From positions 9,020 through 73,019 of the forward strand of contig ONHS01000015.1 in assembly GCA_900317715.1 (NCBI GenBank): a stretch of 64,000 nucleotides of DNA, in the 5' to 3' direction. The translations under genes were made by a program, and so were the position numbers. Positions 1 through 9,191 of the stretch are shown here, in pieces. How positions within the stretch are numbered: position 1 is the stretch's first letter; each line of letters begins with the position of its first letter. Source of the stretch: an uncultured Bacteroidales bacterium. GTDB lineage: Bacteria > Bacteroidota > Bacteroidia > Bacteroidales > WCHB1-69. The notes beneath the pieces are model-generated. The model was not told where the DNA came from. It was given only the letters and a program-made list of their open reading frames with translations, and ran no database searches.

Positions 1-1
1 G

Positions 2-187
2 TTGCCCGACATCGCTTCCCAAAAGATGACCAAATGCGAGAAATCCAAACTCGTGGGCAAGGAAATCGCTACCCGCGCTCTCGCTGCCGGCATCACGGAA
101 GTTGTCTTCGACCGTAACGGTTACTTATATCATGGTAGAGTAAAATCTTTGGCTGACGCAGCTAGAGAAGGTGGTCTTAAATTTTAA
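2..187 (+). CDS. rplR: 50S ribosomal protein L18, C-terminal part (5' end lies left of window)
   Basis: ORF open to window edge; ...[27 protein letters not shown] is the canonical L18 C-terminus; S5 gene starts 11 nt downstream (spc-operon order). Confidence 0.9.
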   Translation: MPDIASQKMTKCEKSKLVGKEIATRALAAGITEVVFDRNGYLYHGRVKSLADAAREGGLKF

Positions 188-198
188 TAATCAAAACT

Positions 199-717
199 AT
201 GGCTAACGAAAATATCAAGAAAGTAAAAGCAGCCGACCTCGAACTCAAAGAGCGCGTGGTCGCTACCAACAGAGTGACGAAGGTCACCAAGGGTGGTCGA
301 ATCTTCAGCTTCGCTGTCATCGTAGTCGTTGGTAATGAAAACGGTATCGTAGGCTATGGTCTTGGTAAAGCCCGCGAAGTCTCGACCGCGATCTCCAAAG
401 GCGTGGAAGACGCGAAAAAGAACCTCATCCAAGTGCCGATTCTGAAAGGTACGATCCCTCACGCAAGTGAAGGTAAGTACAGCGGTGCTGATGTCTTCAT
501 GAAACCTGCAGCTCCTGGTACCGGTGTTATCGCCGGCGGTGCTATGCGTGCCGTATTCGAGAGCGTTGGCGTGAAGAACGTGCTCGCTAAGTCAAAAGGC
601 TCCTCCAACCCTCACAGCGTGGTGAAAGCTACCATCAGCGCACTCTCAAAAATGCGCGACGCTTACACCGTGGCTCAAGTGCGCGGAGTAACCCTCGACA
701 AAGTGTTCAACGGCTAA
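199..717 (+). CDS. rpsE: 30S ribosomal protein S5
   Basis: 172-aa ORF; [37 protein letters not shown]... S5 dsRBD and C-domain pattern. Confidence 0.95.
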   Translation: MANENIKKVKAADLELKERVVATNRVTKVTKGGRIFSFAVIVVVGNENGIVGYGLGKAREVSTAISKGVEDAKKNLIQVPILKGTIPHASEGKYSGADVFMKPAAPGTGVIAGGAMRAVFESVGVKNVLAKSKGSSNPHSVVKATISALSKMRDAYTVAQVRGVTLDKVFNG

Positions 718-722
718 TCGAA

Positions 723-779
723 CATTTTAATAATAAAAAAAAGGCTTCCAATCGGGAGCCTTTTTTTATTATTAAAATG
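723..779. terminator. Bidirectional intrinsic terminator (57-nt palindrome)
   Basis: cattttaataataaaaaaaaGGCTTCCaatcGGGAGCCtttttttattattaaaatg: GC stem with A-run on one side and T-run on the other, directly after rpsE stop. Confidence 0.7.
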
Positions 780-781
780 TG

Positions 782-789
782 TATCTTTG
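782..789 (+). promoter_or_regulatory. Bacteroidetes -7 box TATCTTTG (TAnnTTTG)
   Basis: Matches TAnnTTTG consensus, 30 nt upstream of the helicase ATG at 819. Confidence 0.5.
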
Positions 790-818
790 CGCATTACTAA
801 CTAAAAAACAAAAACTAA

Positions 819-3326
819 ATGAAACTGACCACTGAAAAGACATTGTTATCAGAGAAAACATTTGAAAACCAGAAGCTTAATTTTGTAGAAGACTTAGTAC
901 TGCACACTGATGCGCACATCTTCCTTACCGGTAGAGCCGGCACGGGGAAGACCACTTTCCTGAAAAGTTTACCGACAAAAACGCACAAACGGATGATTGT
1001 GGTAGCTCCGACAGGTGTAGCTGCTATCAACGCGGGCGGACAAACCATCCACTCATTCTTCCAACTGCCCTTCGGTCCACAGATTCCAGAAGGGGCGCAG
1101 AAACGACCATCACAGGACTCTAAAGAATTGGCCGCACAATTTCAAAAGATTCGAGGTACGAAGCTGAAAATCATGCGCACCCTCGACCTGCTTATCATCG
1201 ATGAAATCAGTATGGTGAGAGCGGATGTTTTGGACGCTGTGGATGCGGTGCTGCGCCGCGCCCGCCGCTCATCCAGACCTTTCGGCGGCGTACAAGTTCT
1301 GATGATTGGAGATGTACACCAGCTTGCACCCGTGGCAAAACCAGAAGAATGGGAGGTGCTTGCTCCTTATTACAAAACTGTCTATTTCTTCGGCAGTTAC
1401 GTACTGCAACGTACCGATTACCTGTGCGTGGAACTGGAGCATATCTACCGACAACACGACACCGACTTCATTACCCTGCTCAACAAGGTGCGCGACAACC
1501 AAATGGACGCTGATTGCATACGACTGCTGAACAGCCGTTATATTCCTGATTTCAAGCCTACTGATGGCTATATCACGCTGACCACGCATAACGCGCAAGC
1601 TGACGAAATCAACGAATCGCGACTGCGCGCTCTGAAAAGCAAAAGTCGCTATTTCAAGGCGGAAATCAAGGGCACTTTCCCACAGCACCTCTACCCTACC
1701 AAAGAGGAACTGGAACTGAAAATCGGAGCGCAGGTGATGTTCGTGAAAAACGATCCAAATCCCGAAAAGGCGTACTACAACGGAAAAATCGGGCAACTAA
1801 CTGGTTATTATGATGATACGAATGAGTTGGAAGTCACCTGCGGAGACGAGCGCATACACGTATCTCCTGTCGTGTGGCAGAACATGGATTACACGCTCAA
1901 TGAAGAGAACCAACAGATTGAAGAACAGGAAATCGGTAGTTTCACGCAGATTCCGCTCCGCCTCGCCTGGGCTGTGACCATCCACAAGAGTCAAGGCCTC
2001 ACCTTCGACAAATTGGTAGTGGATGCGCAACAAGCCTTCGCACACGGGCAAGTGTATGTGGCGCTCAGTCGCTGCACCTCCCTCGAAGGCCTCGTCCTGA
2101 AAACCAAAATCAGCTCCAACGCACTCGTCAACGACGGCATCGTGGATTACTTTGTGGAAAAGATGCCCGAAAAGGAACCATCGCAGGAAAAGGTAGATAT
2201 ACTGCGCAAAGATTACGAACTCACAACAATACTGGAACTGATTGATTTTCAAGAAATCTATCGCACAACAGGTCGATTGGCAAAAGTGGTGACCGACAAT
2301 CTGTCCTTATTTGAAGGGGCGATGTTACAAGAATTGGTACGACTTCACGACTGTTTCAAAACCGAGATGGTGAATGTGGCGCAAAAATTTCAAGTGCAGG
2401 TCCAAAAACTGCATCAAGAGGGACTCTGCGAAGCCAATCCCACGTTACAAGAGCGTCTGCAGAAGGGTGCCGCCTACTTCAAAGAACATCTGCAAACCCT
2501 CACTGACAATATACAGAAACTGCCTTTCAAAACCGATAATAAGACGGTAAATGAGCAGATGACCGACATTCTAAAACAGCTGAAAGACGAAAGCTTTGTC
2601 AAAATCGGCTGTTTAGAAAGCTGTGAGAAGCATTTTAGTGTCGAAGAATATCACAAAATAAAGGCTGTCAAGCTATTAGAAGCAGAAAAGACACCCAAAT
2701 CCAAATACACCATTAAGGAAGGTGTGATGGAAAGAAGCACACTCTATGCCGCTTTGAACGCTTGGCGCGCCGACAAAGCGGAAGAAGAAGGTGCAGAATT
2801 GTACAATATCATTCCGAGCAAAACGCTGAAGGAAATTTCGAAGGTAAGGCCTGTCAGTCTGGCCGAACTTAAACAGATTGATGGCATAGGGCCTAAGCGC
2901 GTCAAAGCATTCGGACGGGACATCGTCAACATCGTCAGGGTCTATTCTGGAATGGAACTTCTTGATAATGAAACAGCTGAGATAGAATTGTCAGAAAACA
3001 AGCCCGCAAAGCCGAAAATGCCCAAAGGAGAAACCTATTTAATCACCAAACGGATGTTGGACAAGGGGATGACCGTGGAGGAAATCGCCAAGGAACGTGG
3101 GTTAGCGGCCTCCACCATCTACGGGCATGTCACAAGATTTGTAGAGCAAGGTGAATACGCTGCCACTGACTTCCTAGAACAGGAGAAATTCGACATTATC
3201 AAATCGTATTTCCTTGACACAGAGGACAAATCGTTGAATGCGGCACGGGAGGTTTTAGGTGAGGATTTTGAATTCTGGGAGTTGCGCATGGTGCTCGCCG
3301 AAATGACCCAAAACGAAGAGATTTAA
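819..3326 (+). CDS. PIF1/RecD-family ATP-dependent DNA helicase with HRDC-like and HTH C-terminal domains
   Basis: 835-aa ORF; Walker A GRAGTGKTT, Walker B LLIIDEISMV, TIHKSQGLTF motif, C-terminal LAELKQIDGIGPKRV (HRDC/HhH-like) and HTH tail. Confidence 0.8.
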   Translation: MKLTTEKTLLSEKTFENQKLNFVEDLVLHTDAHIFLTGRAGTGKTTFLKSLPTKTHKRMIVVAPTGVAAINAGGQTIHSFFQLPFGPQIPEGAQKRPSQDSKELAAQFQKIRGTKLKIMRTLDLLIIDEISMVRADVLDAVDAVLRRARRSSRPFGGVQVLMIGDVHQLAPVAKPEEWEVLAPYYKTVYFFGSYVLQRTDYLCVELEHIYRQHDTDFITLLNKVRDNQMDADCIRLLNSRYIPDFKPTDGYITLTTHNAQADEINESRLRALKSKSRYFKAEIKGTFPQHLYPTKEELELKIGAQVMFVKNDPNPEKAYYNGKIGQLTGYYDDTNELEVTCGDERIHVSPVVWQNMDYTLNEENQQIEEQEIGSFTQIPLRLAWAVTIHKSQGLTFDKLVVDAQQAFAHGQVYVALSRCTSLEGLVLKTKISSNALVNDGIVDYFVEKMPEKEPSQEKVDILRKDYELTTILELIDFQEIYRTTGRLAKVVTDNLSLFEGAMLQELVRLHDCFKTEMVNVAQKFQVQVQKLHQEGLCEANPTLQERLQKGAAYFKEHLQTLTDNIQKLPFKTDNKTVNEQMTDILKQLKDESFVKIGCLESCEKHFSVEEYHKIKAVKLLEAEKTPKSKYTIKEGVMERSTLYAALNAWRADKAEEEGAELYNIIPSKTLKEISKVRPVSLAELKQIDGIGPKRVKAFGRDIVNIVRVYSGMELLDNETAEIELSENKPAKPKMPKGETYLITKRMLDKGMTVEEIAKERGLAASTIYGHVTRFVEQGEYAATDFLEQEKFDIIKSYFLDTEDKSLNAAREVLGEDFEFWELRMVLAEMTQNEEI

Positions 3327-3402
3327 ACTACTTTTCGTGAAAGTTATCTATAATAATGAGCAATGTTGTAAACGATAAAAAGTAAATCAGCAATCATATA
3401 AG

Positions 3403-4017
3403 ATGGAAAATGTGAATCGAAAATATTGGATTATGCTGGCCATGAGCATCTTGGCACTGATAGTCGTCATCTTATGGCCCACAAAGAAGCTGGAAAATGG
3501 ACCTACGGCTCCTGACAAAAACGAGATTTTAGGGATCCTTCAAGCACAGTCGCAGATTGCCACCACGGAAGTGACCATCCGCAAGATGGGCATTTATGAT
3601 TCCGAAACCCAAATCGCCTCCATGAATCCTGCCAAATGGAAACTCGGCAAACGCATGGCCGTGGTTCCCGTCGATGTGACCATCCGCTATGGCATCGACC
3701 TCAACGAGCTGAAAGAGAGCGACATCACTTTCATCGGCAAGGACTCCGTGCAAATTCGACTGCCTAAGCCGAAAATCATTGACAAATCCTTCAATCCCAT
3801 CACCAATCCGAACGAAATCGTGACCCTCTCCACCGGTTTGCGCGACAAGGTAGGCGAAACCACCATCCAGCAAATCAAGAACATGGCCTTCGAGGAGGTC
3901 ATCAACCAAGACAAGGAATTCCAAGCCAAACTCTCCGACGAGCTCTCCCACAACACCGAAACCGTCTTCACGTCTCTCCTCACCGCCATCGGACTACACC
4001 CGGTGTTTGTGAAATGA
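3403..4017 (+). CDS. Membrane-anchored DUF4230-like protein
   Basis: 204 aa, N-terminal TM helix; VVPVDVTIRYGIDLNELKESDI...VQIRLPKPKII layout as I recall for DUF4230. Confidence 0.55.
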   Translation: MENVNRKYWIMLAMSILALIVVILWPTKKLENGPTAPDKNEILGILQAQSQIATTEVTIRKMGIYDSETQIASMNPAKWKLGKRMAVVPVDVTIRYGIDLNELKESDITFIGKDSVQIRLPKPKIIDKSFNPITNPNEIVTLSTGLRDKVGETTIQQIKNMAFEEVINQDKEFQAKLSDELSHNTETVFTSLLTAIGLHPVFVK

Positions 4018-4217
4018 CGTGTGATGTGAGACGTAAGACGTAAGACGTAAGACGTGTGACGTATGACTTTAGACTTTGAACTTTGAACTTTGAACGATGA
4101 ACCTTGAACTTTGAACTATGGCCTGCTCCCTATTGCCTATTGCCTACTTCCTAAACCCTAAACCCTAAACTCTAAACTCTAAACCATAAACCATAAACCA
4201 TAAACCCTAAACTCTAA
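4018..4217. repeat. Heptanucleotide tandem array 1 (~29 units in one 7-nt register)
   Basis: Read in 7-nt steps from 4021: gagacgt aagacgt x3 gtgacgt atgactt tagactt tgaactt x2 tgaacga tgaacct tgaactt tgaacta ... ttgccta x2 cttccta aacccta x2 aactcta x2 aaccata x3 aacccta aactcta. Confidence 0.9.
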
Positions 4218-4224
4218 AAAAACA

Positions 4225-4818
4225 ATGAACTCAAAACCCATTAAATACGCCATCGTGATCATCCTGCTTGTCGCAGGAGTGGCGCTTCTCAGCAAGATCA
4301 CGCACAAAACAGACACCGACGAAATCACCTTAAAGGACACGCCCGCCGTCATTGAGGCGACACGTCCCATCGGAATACTGTACCTATACACCACTGTCAC
4401 GGAAGATTACGTCAAAGATGCTTTCTGGGGCAGCGGCGTGGGCAGCTCGGTATTGGGCAAAAACAACGGTCTGTTCAAAAAGAAACACGACTGCGTGCAG
4501 ATTCTGAGACAGCAGGTAAGTCTGACCATAGATTTAGACAAGGTGAAATATGAACCTGTGGAGAACAGCGACACCGTTTTCGTGTGTCTTCCTGATGTGG
4601 AATTCTCCCAGTCCACCCTATCCTCCTGGTTCAAATCCGACGATGAGGACGAGGAGAGTGCCGTGCAATTCGATGCCAAACCGATGATCCAACGCGTGGA
4701 AAACCGCATCGAGAATCGCTATAATACGCCAGAAAACCACATGAAAGCCGAAGAGAAGGCCAAAGAGACCCTCTCCGACTTCCTCAAACAATGCGGGAAA
4801 GTCGCGGTATTCAAATAA
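4225..4818 (+). CDS. Membrane-anchored hypothetical protein, probable DUF4230-like paralogue
   Basis: 197 aa, N-terminal TM helix, VSLTIDLDKVKYEP...VFVCLPDVEF resembles upstream gene layout. Confidence 0.45.
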   Translation: MNSKPIKYAIVIILLVAGVALLSKITHKTDTDEITLKDTPAVIEATRPIGILYLYTTVTEDYVKDAFWGSGVGSSVLGKNNGLFKKKHDCVQILRQQVSLTIDLDKVKYEPVENSDTVFVCLPDVEFSQSTLSSWFKSDDEDEESAVQFDAKPMIQRVENRIENRYNTPENHMKAEEKAKETLSDFLKQCGKVAVFK

Positions 4819-4832
4819 TACGTTTTGTATTA

Positions 4833-5879
4833 TTACCGATTTTCTGCCTTTTTCGGGGGGAACAGCACGGACAACAAAATGCTGAGGGTCAGGATGGAGA
4901 TAATCACCACCAGGGAGGCCACAATGCCGACTTCGACACCCACCAACGGCAGGAACATCTTCACACCAATGAAGGTCAGCAATACCGACAAACCGATACG
5001 CAAATAGGCGAATTTGTCCATGATGCTCTCCAACATGAAGAACATGGAACGCAAGCCCAAAATGGCGAAAATATTGGAGAAAAAGACGATATGCGGGTCA
5101 TGGGTGACCGAGAAAATAGCCGGAATCGAGTCGAAGGCGAAAATGATGTCCGAAAACTCGATGATCATCAGCACCACAAACAACGGCGTGCAAAGCCAAC
5201 GACCATCCACCTTCGTGAAGAAATCATGGCCGTGGAACTGCGGCGTGCTCAGCTTCCGCTTGGTCAGGAACTTAACCACAGGGTGGTGCTCCACATCAAT
5301 GCTCTCCGTCTTGTTCCGGTCTATGAACATCTTGATACCGGAATATATCAAGAAACCACCGAAAACGAACAGAAGCCAATGGAAACGCTGTATCAGCGCC
5401 CCCGCCGCGAAAATGAAGATGAATCGCAGTACTATCGCCCCCAAAATGCCGTAAAACAGCACACGGTGGTAATACTCCTTGGCTACACCGAACGACAGGA
5501 AAATCATGATCATCACGAAAACATTGTCGATGGAGAGCGACAACTCGATCAAATAACCGGTGAGGTACTCCAACGAAAGCTGCTTCTTGTATTGCTTGAT
5601 GTTTTCATCCCACGAAAGCGCGTCGTCATACGTCACACCATGTTCGTATAGTTTGTTCTGCTCTACGAAATGCTCCTTGTCGTGAACATTCACGATTTTA
5701 TCGCCTTGGAAACGGATCAACATGAAGAAAAGCAGTGAAAGGACCACCCATACCGTCGTCCATCCTGCTGATTCCTTGAAGGTTACCACATGGTCTTTCT
5801 TATGCAAAATGCCCAAGTCCAAGAACAGGAGGAAGGCTATGACTACTATGAAGATTACCATGAACAAATTTTCTGTCAT
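4833..5879 (-). CDS. TerC/Alx-family integral membrane protein
   Basis: 348-aa polytopic ORF with TerC-type repeats (SIDNVFVMIMIF, FAFDSIPAIF). Confidence 0.8.
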   Translation of the reverse strand: MTENLFMVIFIVVIAFLLFLDLGILHKKDHVVTFKESAGWTTVWVVLSLLFFMLIRFQGDKIVNVHDKEHFVEQNKLYEHGVTYDDALSWDENIKQYKKQLSLEYLTGYLIELSLSIDNVFVMIMIFLSFGVAKEYYHRVLFYGILGAIVLRFIFIFAAGALIQRFHWLLFVFGGFLIYSGIKMFIDRNKTESIDVEHHPVVKFLTKRKLSTPQFHGHDFFTKVDGRWLCTPLFVVLMIIEFSDIIFAFDSIPAIFSVTHDPHIVFFSNIFAILGLRSMFFMLESIMDKFAYLRIGLSVLLTFIGVKMFLPLVGVEVGIVASLVVIISILTLSILLSVLFPPKKAENR

Positions 5880-5959
5880 ATCTTTTGGGTTTTGGTTTAA
5901 CGTTTATTTGTTTAGGCGTTTATTGGTTTATATCGTTCCTTTGTTTGTCAATTTCATCG

Positions 5960-7360
5960 TCAATAGATTCTCAAGTACTCGATGTAAGGCTCTATCTCAT
6001 TGTACAACAAGTCTTTCTTGATAACCTTTTTGTCTTTATCGAGGAGGAACATGTAAGGAATGGTGCGGGTGTCGAAGAGGTTATTGTCATCGATGGATTG
6101 GTCGAAGTTCCAGCCTTGTATGTACTTCGGATTGGCCTCGCGGGAGTTGATGTAGTTGCTCCAAACCTGCGGGTCGTCCTCGAAATAGACCATCACCACT
6201 TTCAGCTTTCCAGACTCAATGGCCTTGTTCAGTTTGGCATAGTCCTTCATGAGGTTGCGCACCTTATGGCAGGTCGGACAGGTAGGATGTTGCAGATAAA
6301 GGATAGTGTATTCGCTTTGAATGTCGTATATGGTGGTGGTGTCGCCATTGGCAAGCACCAACGCAAAGTTCGGAATCGTGTCGCCGGCGTGGTTCTTGTC
6401 TATAAAGCCCAACTCTCTCGTATAGCGTCTCTTGCGATTCTCATCCAACTTCGGGTACTGCATGGCATCTTTCAGAATTGCGATGTAGGTATGTTCCACT
6501 TTATAAGGAGAGATGTTACGACCTAGGACATACTCCAGTTCGTCAAAAAGATACTCGTAGGAGGTCTGGTTGACTTTCGCTTTGTTGAGGGCGGCCACCA
6601 GAAGCGTGTCAAATTCGGGATTGTCCAATTGGTAAATCAGGTTGCAGATTTCCTTCATCTTTTGCGCTACCACAACGGTGTTGAAGATGCGCGGATCGTT
6701 CCAAGCGAAGTTGTCGAAGAAATGTTCAATATAGTAACGGTGGAACAATTTACGCTCGTTGAGCACCTCTTGCGGCGGATCGGGCAAATACATTAACGTG
6801 GCCACCACAGAGCCGAGGAACGTGTTCGCATTGGCCGCGGCGACTCTCTTCTGATAATCACGCATCTCATCGTTGATGTGACGGGCAGAAGCAGAGAGCG
6901 AATCAACCAGCACCTTCAGCATGTATTGCGGAAGACCATTCTTCTGCGCATTTTGGAACACCTCATTCAAAGAATCCAAACGTTTGTTGTATTGGGACAT
7001 CCCTTTCAAATAGTCGTAATAGCCCGTATTCTCTTTCGAATTCACAAACGTAACGCCATCATTGTCAATGGTCAATGTGAAATTCTGTTTCTTTTCGTTA
7101 GGAATCAGAATAACCCCCAGGAAGGTACTGTCGCCTAAGATCTCGTACATACCCGGTTTCATCGACTCCTTGTCCTGCAAGGTCACCGACGGACCGTAGG
7201 GTGCCCGCAACACCTTCTTGGTTTGCAACCTGGCCTCACTCTTCACGAACACCGAATCGAACTTCTGATCCAGCTTCATCGTGATGTTGATGTTCACCTG
7301 CGCCATCGCGGCCACTGTGAACACCAACAATAACATCGTTGTAATCGTTTGTTTTATCAT
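5960..7360 (-). CDS. Secreted thioredoxin-fold (TlpA-like) protein with CPTC motif
   Basis: Signal peptide MIKQTITTMLLLVFTVAAMAQ; C-terminal YLQHPTCPTCH redox motif. First 18 codons of the raw ORF (to 7414) are heptamer-array read-through, so start placed at ATG 7360. Confidence 0.65.
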   Translation of the reverse strand: MIKQTITTMLLLVFTVAAMAQVNINITMKLDQKFDSVFVKSEARLQTKKVLRAPYGPSVTLQDKESMKPGMYEILGDSTFLGVILIPNEKKQNFTLTIDNDGVTFVNSKENTGYYDYLKGMSQYNKRLDSLNEVFQNAQKNGLPQYMLKVLVDSLSASARHINDEMRDYQKRVAAANANTFLGSVVATLMYLPDPPQEVLNERKLFHRYYIEHFFDNFAWNDPRIFNTVVVAQKMKEICNLIYQLDNPEFDTLLVAALNKAKVNQTSYEYLFDELEYVLGRNISPYKVEHTYIAILKDAMQYPKLDENRKRRYTRELGFIDKNHAGDTIPNFALVLANGDTTTIYDIQSEYTILYLQHPTCPTCHKVRNLMKDYAKLNKAIESGKLKVVMVYFEDDPQVWSNYINSREANPKYIQGWNFDQSIDDNNLFDTRTIPYMFLLDKDKKVIKKDLLYNEIEPYIEYLRIY

Positions 7361-7432
7361 ATTCATCGTCCATTCATCGTTTTTCATCGTCCATTCATCG
7401 TCATTCATCGCCATTCATCGTTTTTCATCGCC
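7361..7432. repeat. Heptamer array 2 (CATCGNN/CATTCAT family)
   Basis: catcgtc cattcat cgttttt catcgtc cattcat cgtcatt catcgcc ...; 21-nt higher-order period; contains the stop of the nnr dehydratase frame. Confidence 0.85.
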
Positions 7433-8933
7433 AATATCCCATTGGAAAAGTATTCCGGCAAATCCGACGCGATGAGGGTGCGCGGGTCGTTGTCGCGCGC
7501 GTAGGCATCGCCGGCGGCGCCGTGCAGGAAAACGCCTAGCATGGCGGCGTGTTCGGGCGGGTAACCTTGCGCCAACAGGGAGAGAATCTGTCCGGTGAGC
7601 ACGTCGCCGCTGCCCGCCGTGGCCATGCCCGCATTGCCGGTGGTGTTGAAAAACTGCCGTCCGTCGGGAAGCGTGATGACCGTGTGGTGACCCTTCAGGA
7701 CAAGGATAACCGTATAGCGTTGGGCGAACTGTTTCGCACGCTCCAAACGGTCGAAGTCGTCGGAGGGCTTCCCAGCAAGACGCTCAAACTCAGCAAAATG
7801 CGGAGTCAGGATGCTATACGGCGGCAGGAACGCGAGCCACGTCTTGTTCTCCGCCAACATGTTCAGCGCATCGGCATCGATGACGAGCGGGGTCTTCACC
7901 GTATCCAGGATATCCTTCATCACCGCAACCGTCTGCTTTTGCGTCCCCAAGCCAGGACCCAATGCCACTGCATTGATATTCTCTGGCAGGGAGTTCCAAT
8001 CTATTCTACTGACATACTGTTCGTTATCATCAAGATGATGGATCGCTTCCGGAAGGGTGATGGCCAACGTCTGGCACACCGATTTTACGGAATGGACGGT
8101 CAGCTTGCCTATGCCGCCGCGCATGGCCGCCTTGGCCGCAAGCACCGCTGCACCAGGCATCCGGTCGCAGCCCGCCACGAGCAATCCATGTCCGAACGTC
8201 CCTTTGTGTGCATAGCGCGGACGTGGACGGAGCTGACGACGCATTCCATCGTTCTCCAACGTCATCCTCTCTATATTCTCCAGATTGTCAGATAATTCCA
8301 TACCAATATCCACCACTTCAAGTTCCCCAACATAACCACTGTTTTCCGGCAGGAGGAAGGCGGTTTTCTGGAATTGGATGCTCAGAACCTTGTCCGCGAT
8401 GACCACCGCGCTATGGTCAGGCGTATGCTGATCCGCGAAGAGTCCCGAAGGAAATTGATGTGTTGGATCACCTCCGCAAAGAATCCTGTAACGGGTTTGT
8501 TGAGTCCGATACCGAAAAGGGCATCCACAATAATGTCATCTTCTTTCTCTTCAGGCTGATTATCAGCCGTATAGTGTATAGTATGAGCGTTTTCGTATTG
8601 TTCGGAAACTTTCTGCCAGCGTTGCAGTTGATATTCCATTTCACTGCTATAACGGGCATTCTCCGGCGCACAAATCACGAGATGAACCTGATTGACAAGA
8701 TGGTGTTCCTCCAAAAGCTGGATAGCCATCACCACTCCATCGCCGCCGTTGTTACCTGTCCCGACATAGAAATAGACATCCTGAACATCGTACAACAAAA
8801 CATTATAATATAATGTTTCGGCGCAAGCGGCACCGGCCTGCTCCATCAACTGCAAGGAAGAGATACCCTGCTTCTGCATGGTAAATCTCTCGCATTCACG
8901 TATTTCCGAGACTTTTAGAATTGCATTTTCCAT
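7405..8933 (-). pseudogene. nnr: Bifunctional NAD(P)H-hydrate repair enzyme Nnr, split by frameshift plus small deletion
   Basis: 8382-8933 frame = YjeF_N epimerase (GTGNNGGDG); 7405-8406 frame = dehydratase (GSGDVLTG). Frames differ by 1 nt and ~11 residues expected before PSGLFAD are missing. Confidence 0.7.
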
Positions 8934-9095
8934 CTTTACAAGTTTACGATTTTGAGTGCGCAAAAATATAAAAAAAGCGGTGATTACCTAATGATTATAA
9001 AGCCTTTTCTTTCTATAAAAAACATTTTCCTATTCTAGCGCAACAAAATTTTTTAAAAAAAAATTTGGGGAAAAGCAACACATCTAAAAAAAATG

Positions 9096-9103
9096 TATTT
9101 TTG
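9096..9103 (+). promoter_or_regulatory. -7 box TATTTTTG
   Basis: TAnnTTTG match in AT-rich spacer upstream of adhesin gene (ATG 9192). Confidence 0.4.
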
Positions 9104-9191
9104 CAGATTAAATTGATAATGTTTGTAAAGGAATTTAAAGAATAAAAACAACAATTCAATTAACCTTATTATTCATCAAAACCAAAAAAAA

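Noticed and set aside
4150-4217. CCCTAAA/TAAACCC repeats identical to the plant-type telomere unit (TTTAGGG)n
   Set aside because: There are only 2-3 exact units. They sit in a graded heptamer array between bacterial genes, and the same array morphs into TAAACTC and TAAACCA. This is not a telomere or eukaryotic contamination.
4791-5651. 286-aa His/Gln/Glu-rich ORF
   Set aside because: It is antisense to the TerC membrane gene, and its composition mirrors hydrophobic codons read backwards. It has no start context.
7361-7414. N-terminal extension MAMNDDEWTMKNDEWTMN of the thioredoxin-like ORF (similar extensions occur at iorB, cupin and 38778)
   Set aside because: The extension is a translation of heptamer array or promoter DNA. 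A proper signal peptide begins at the internal ATG.
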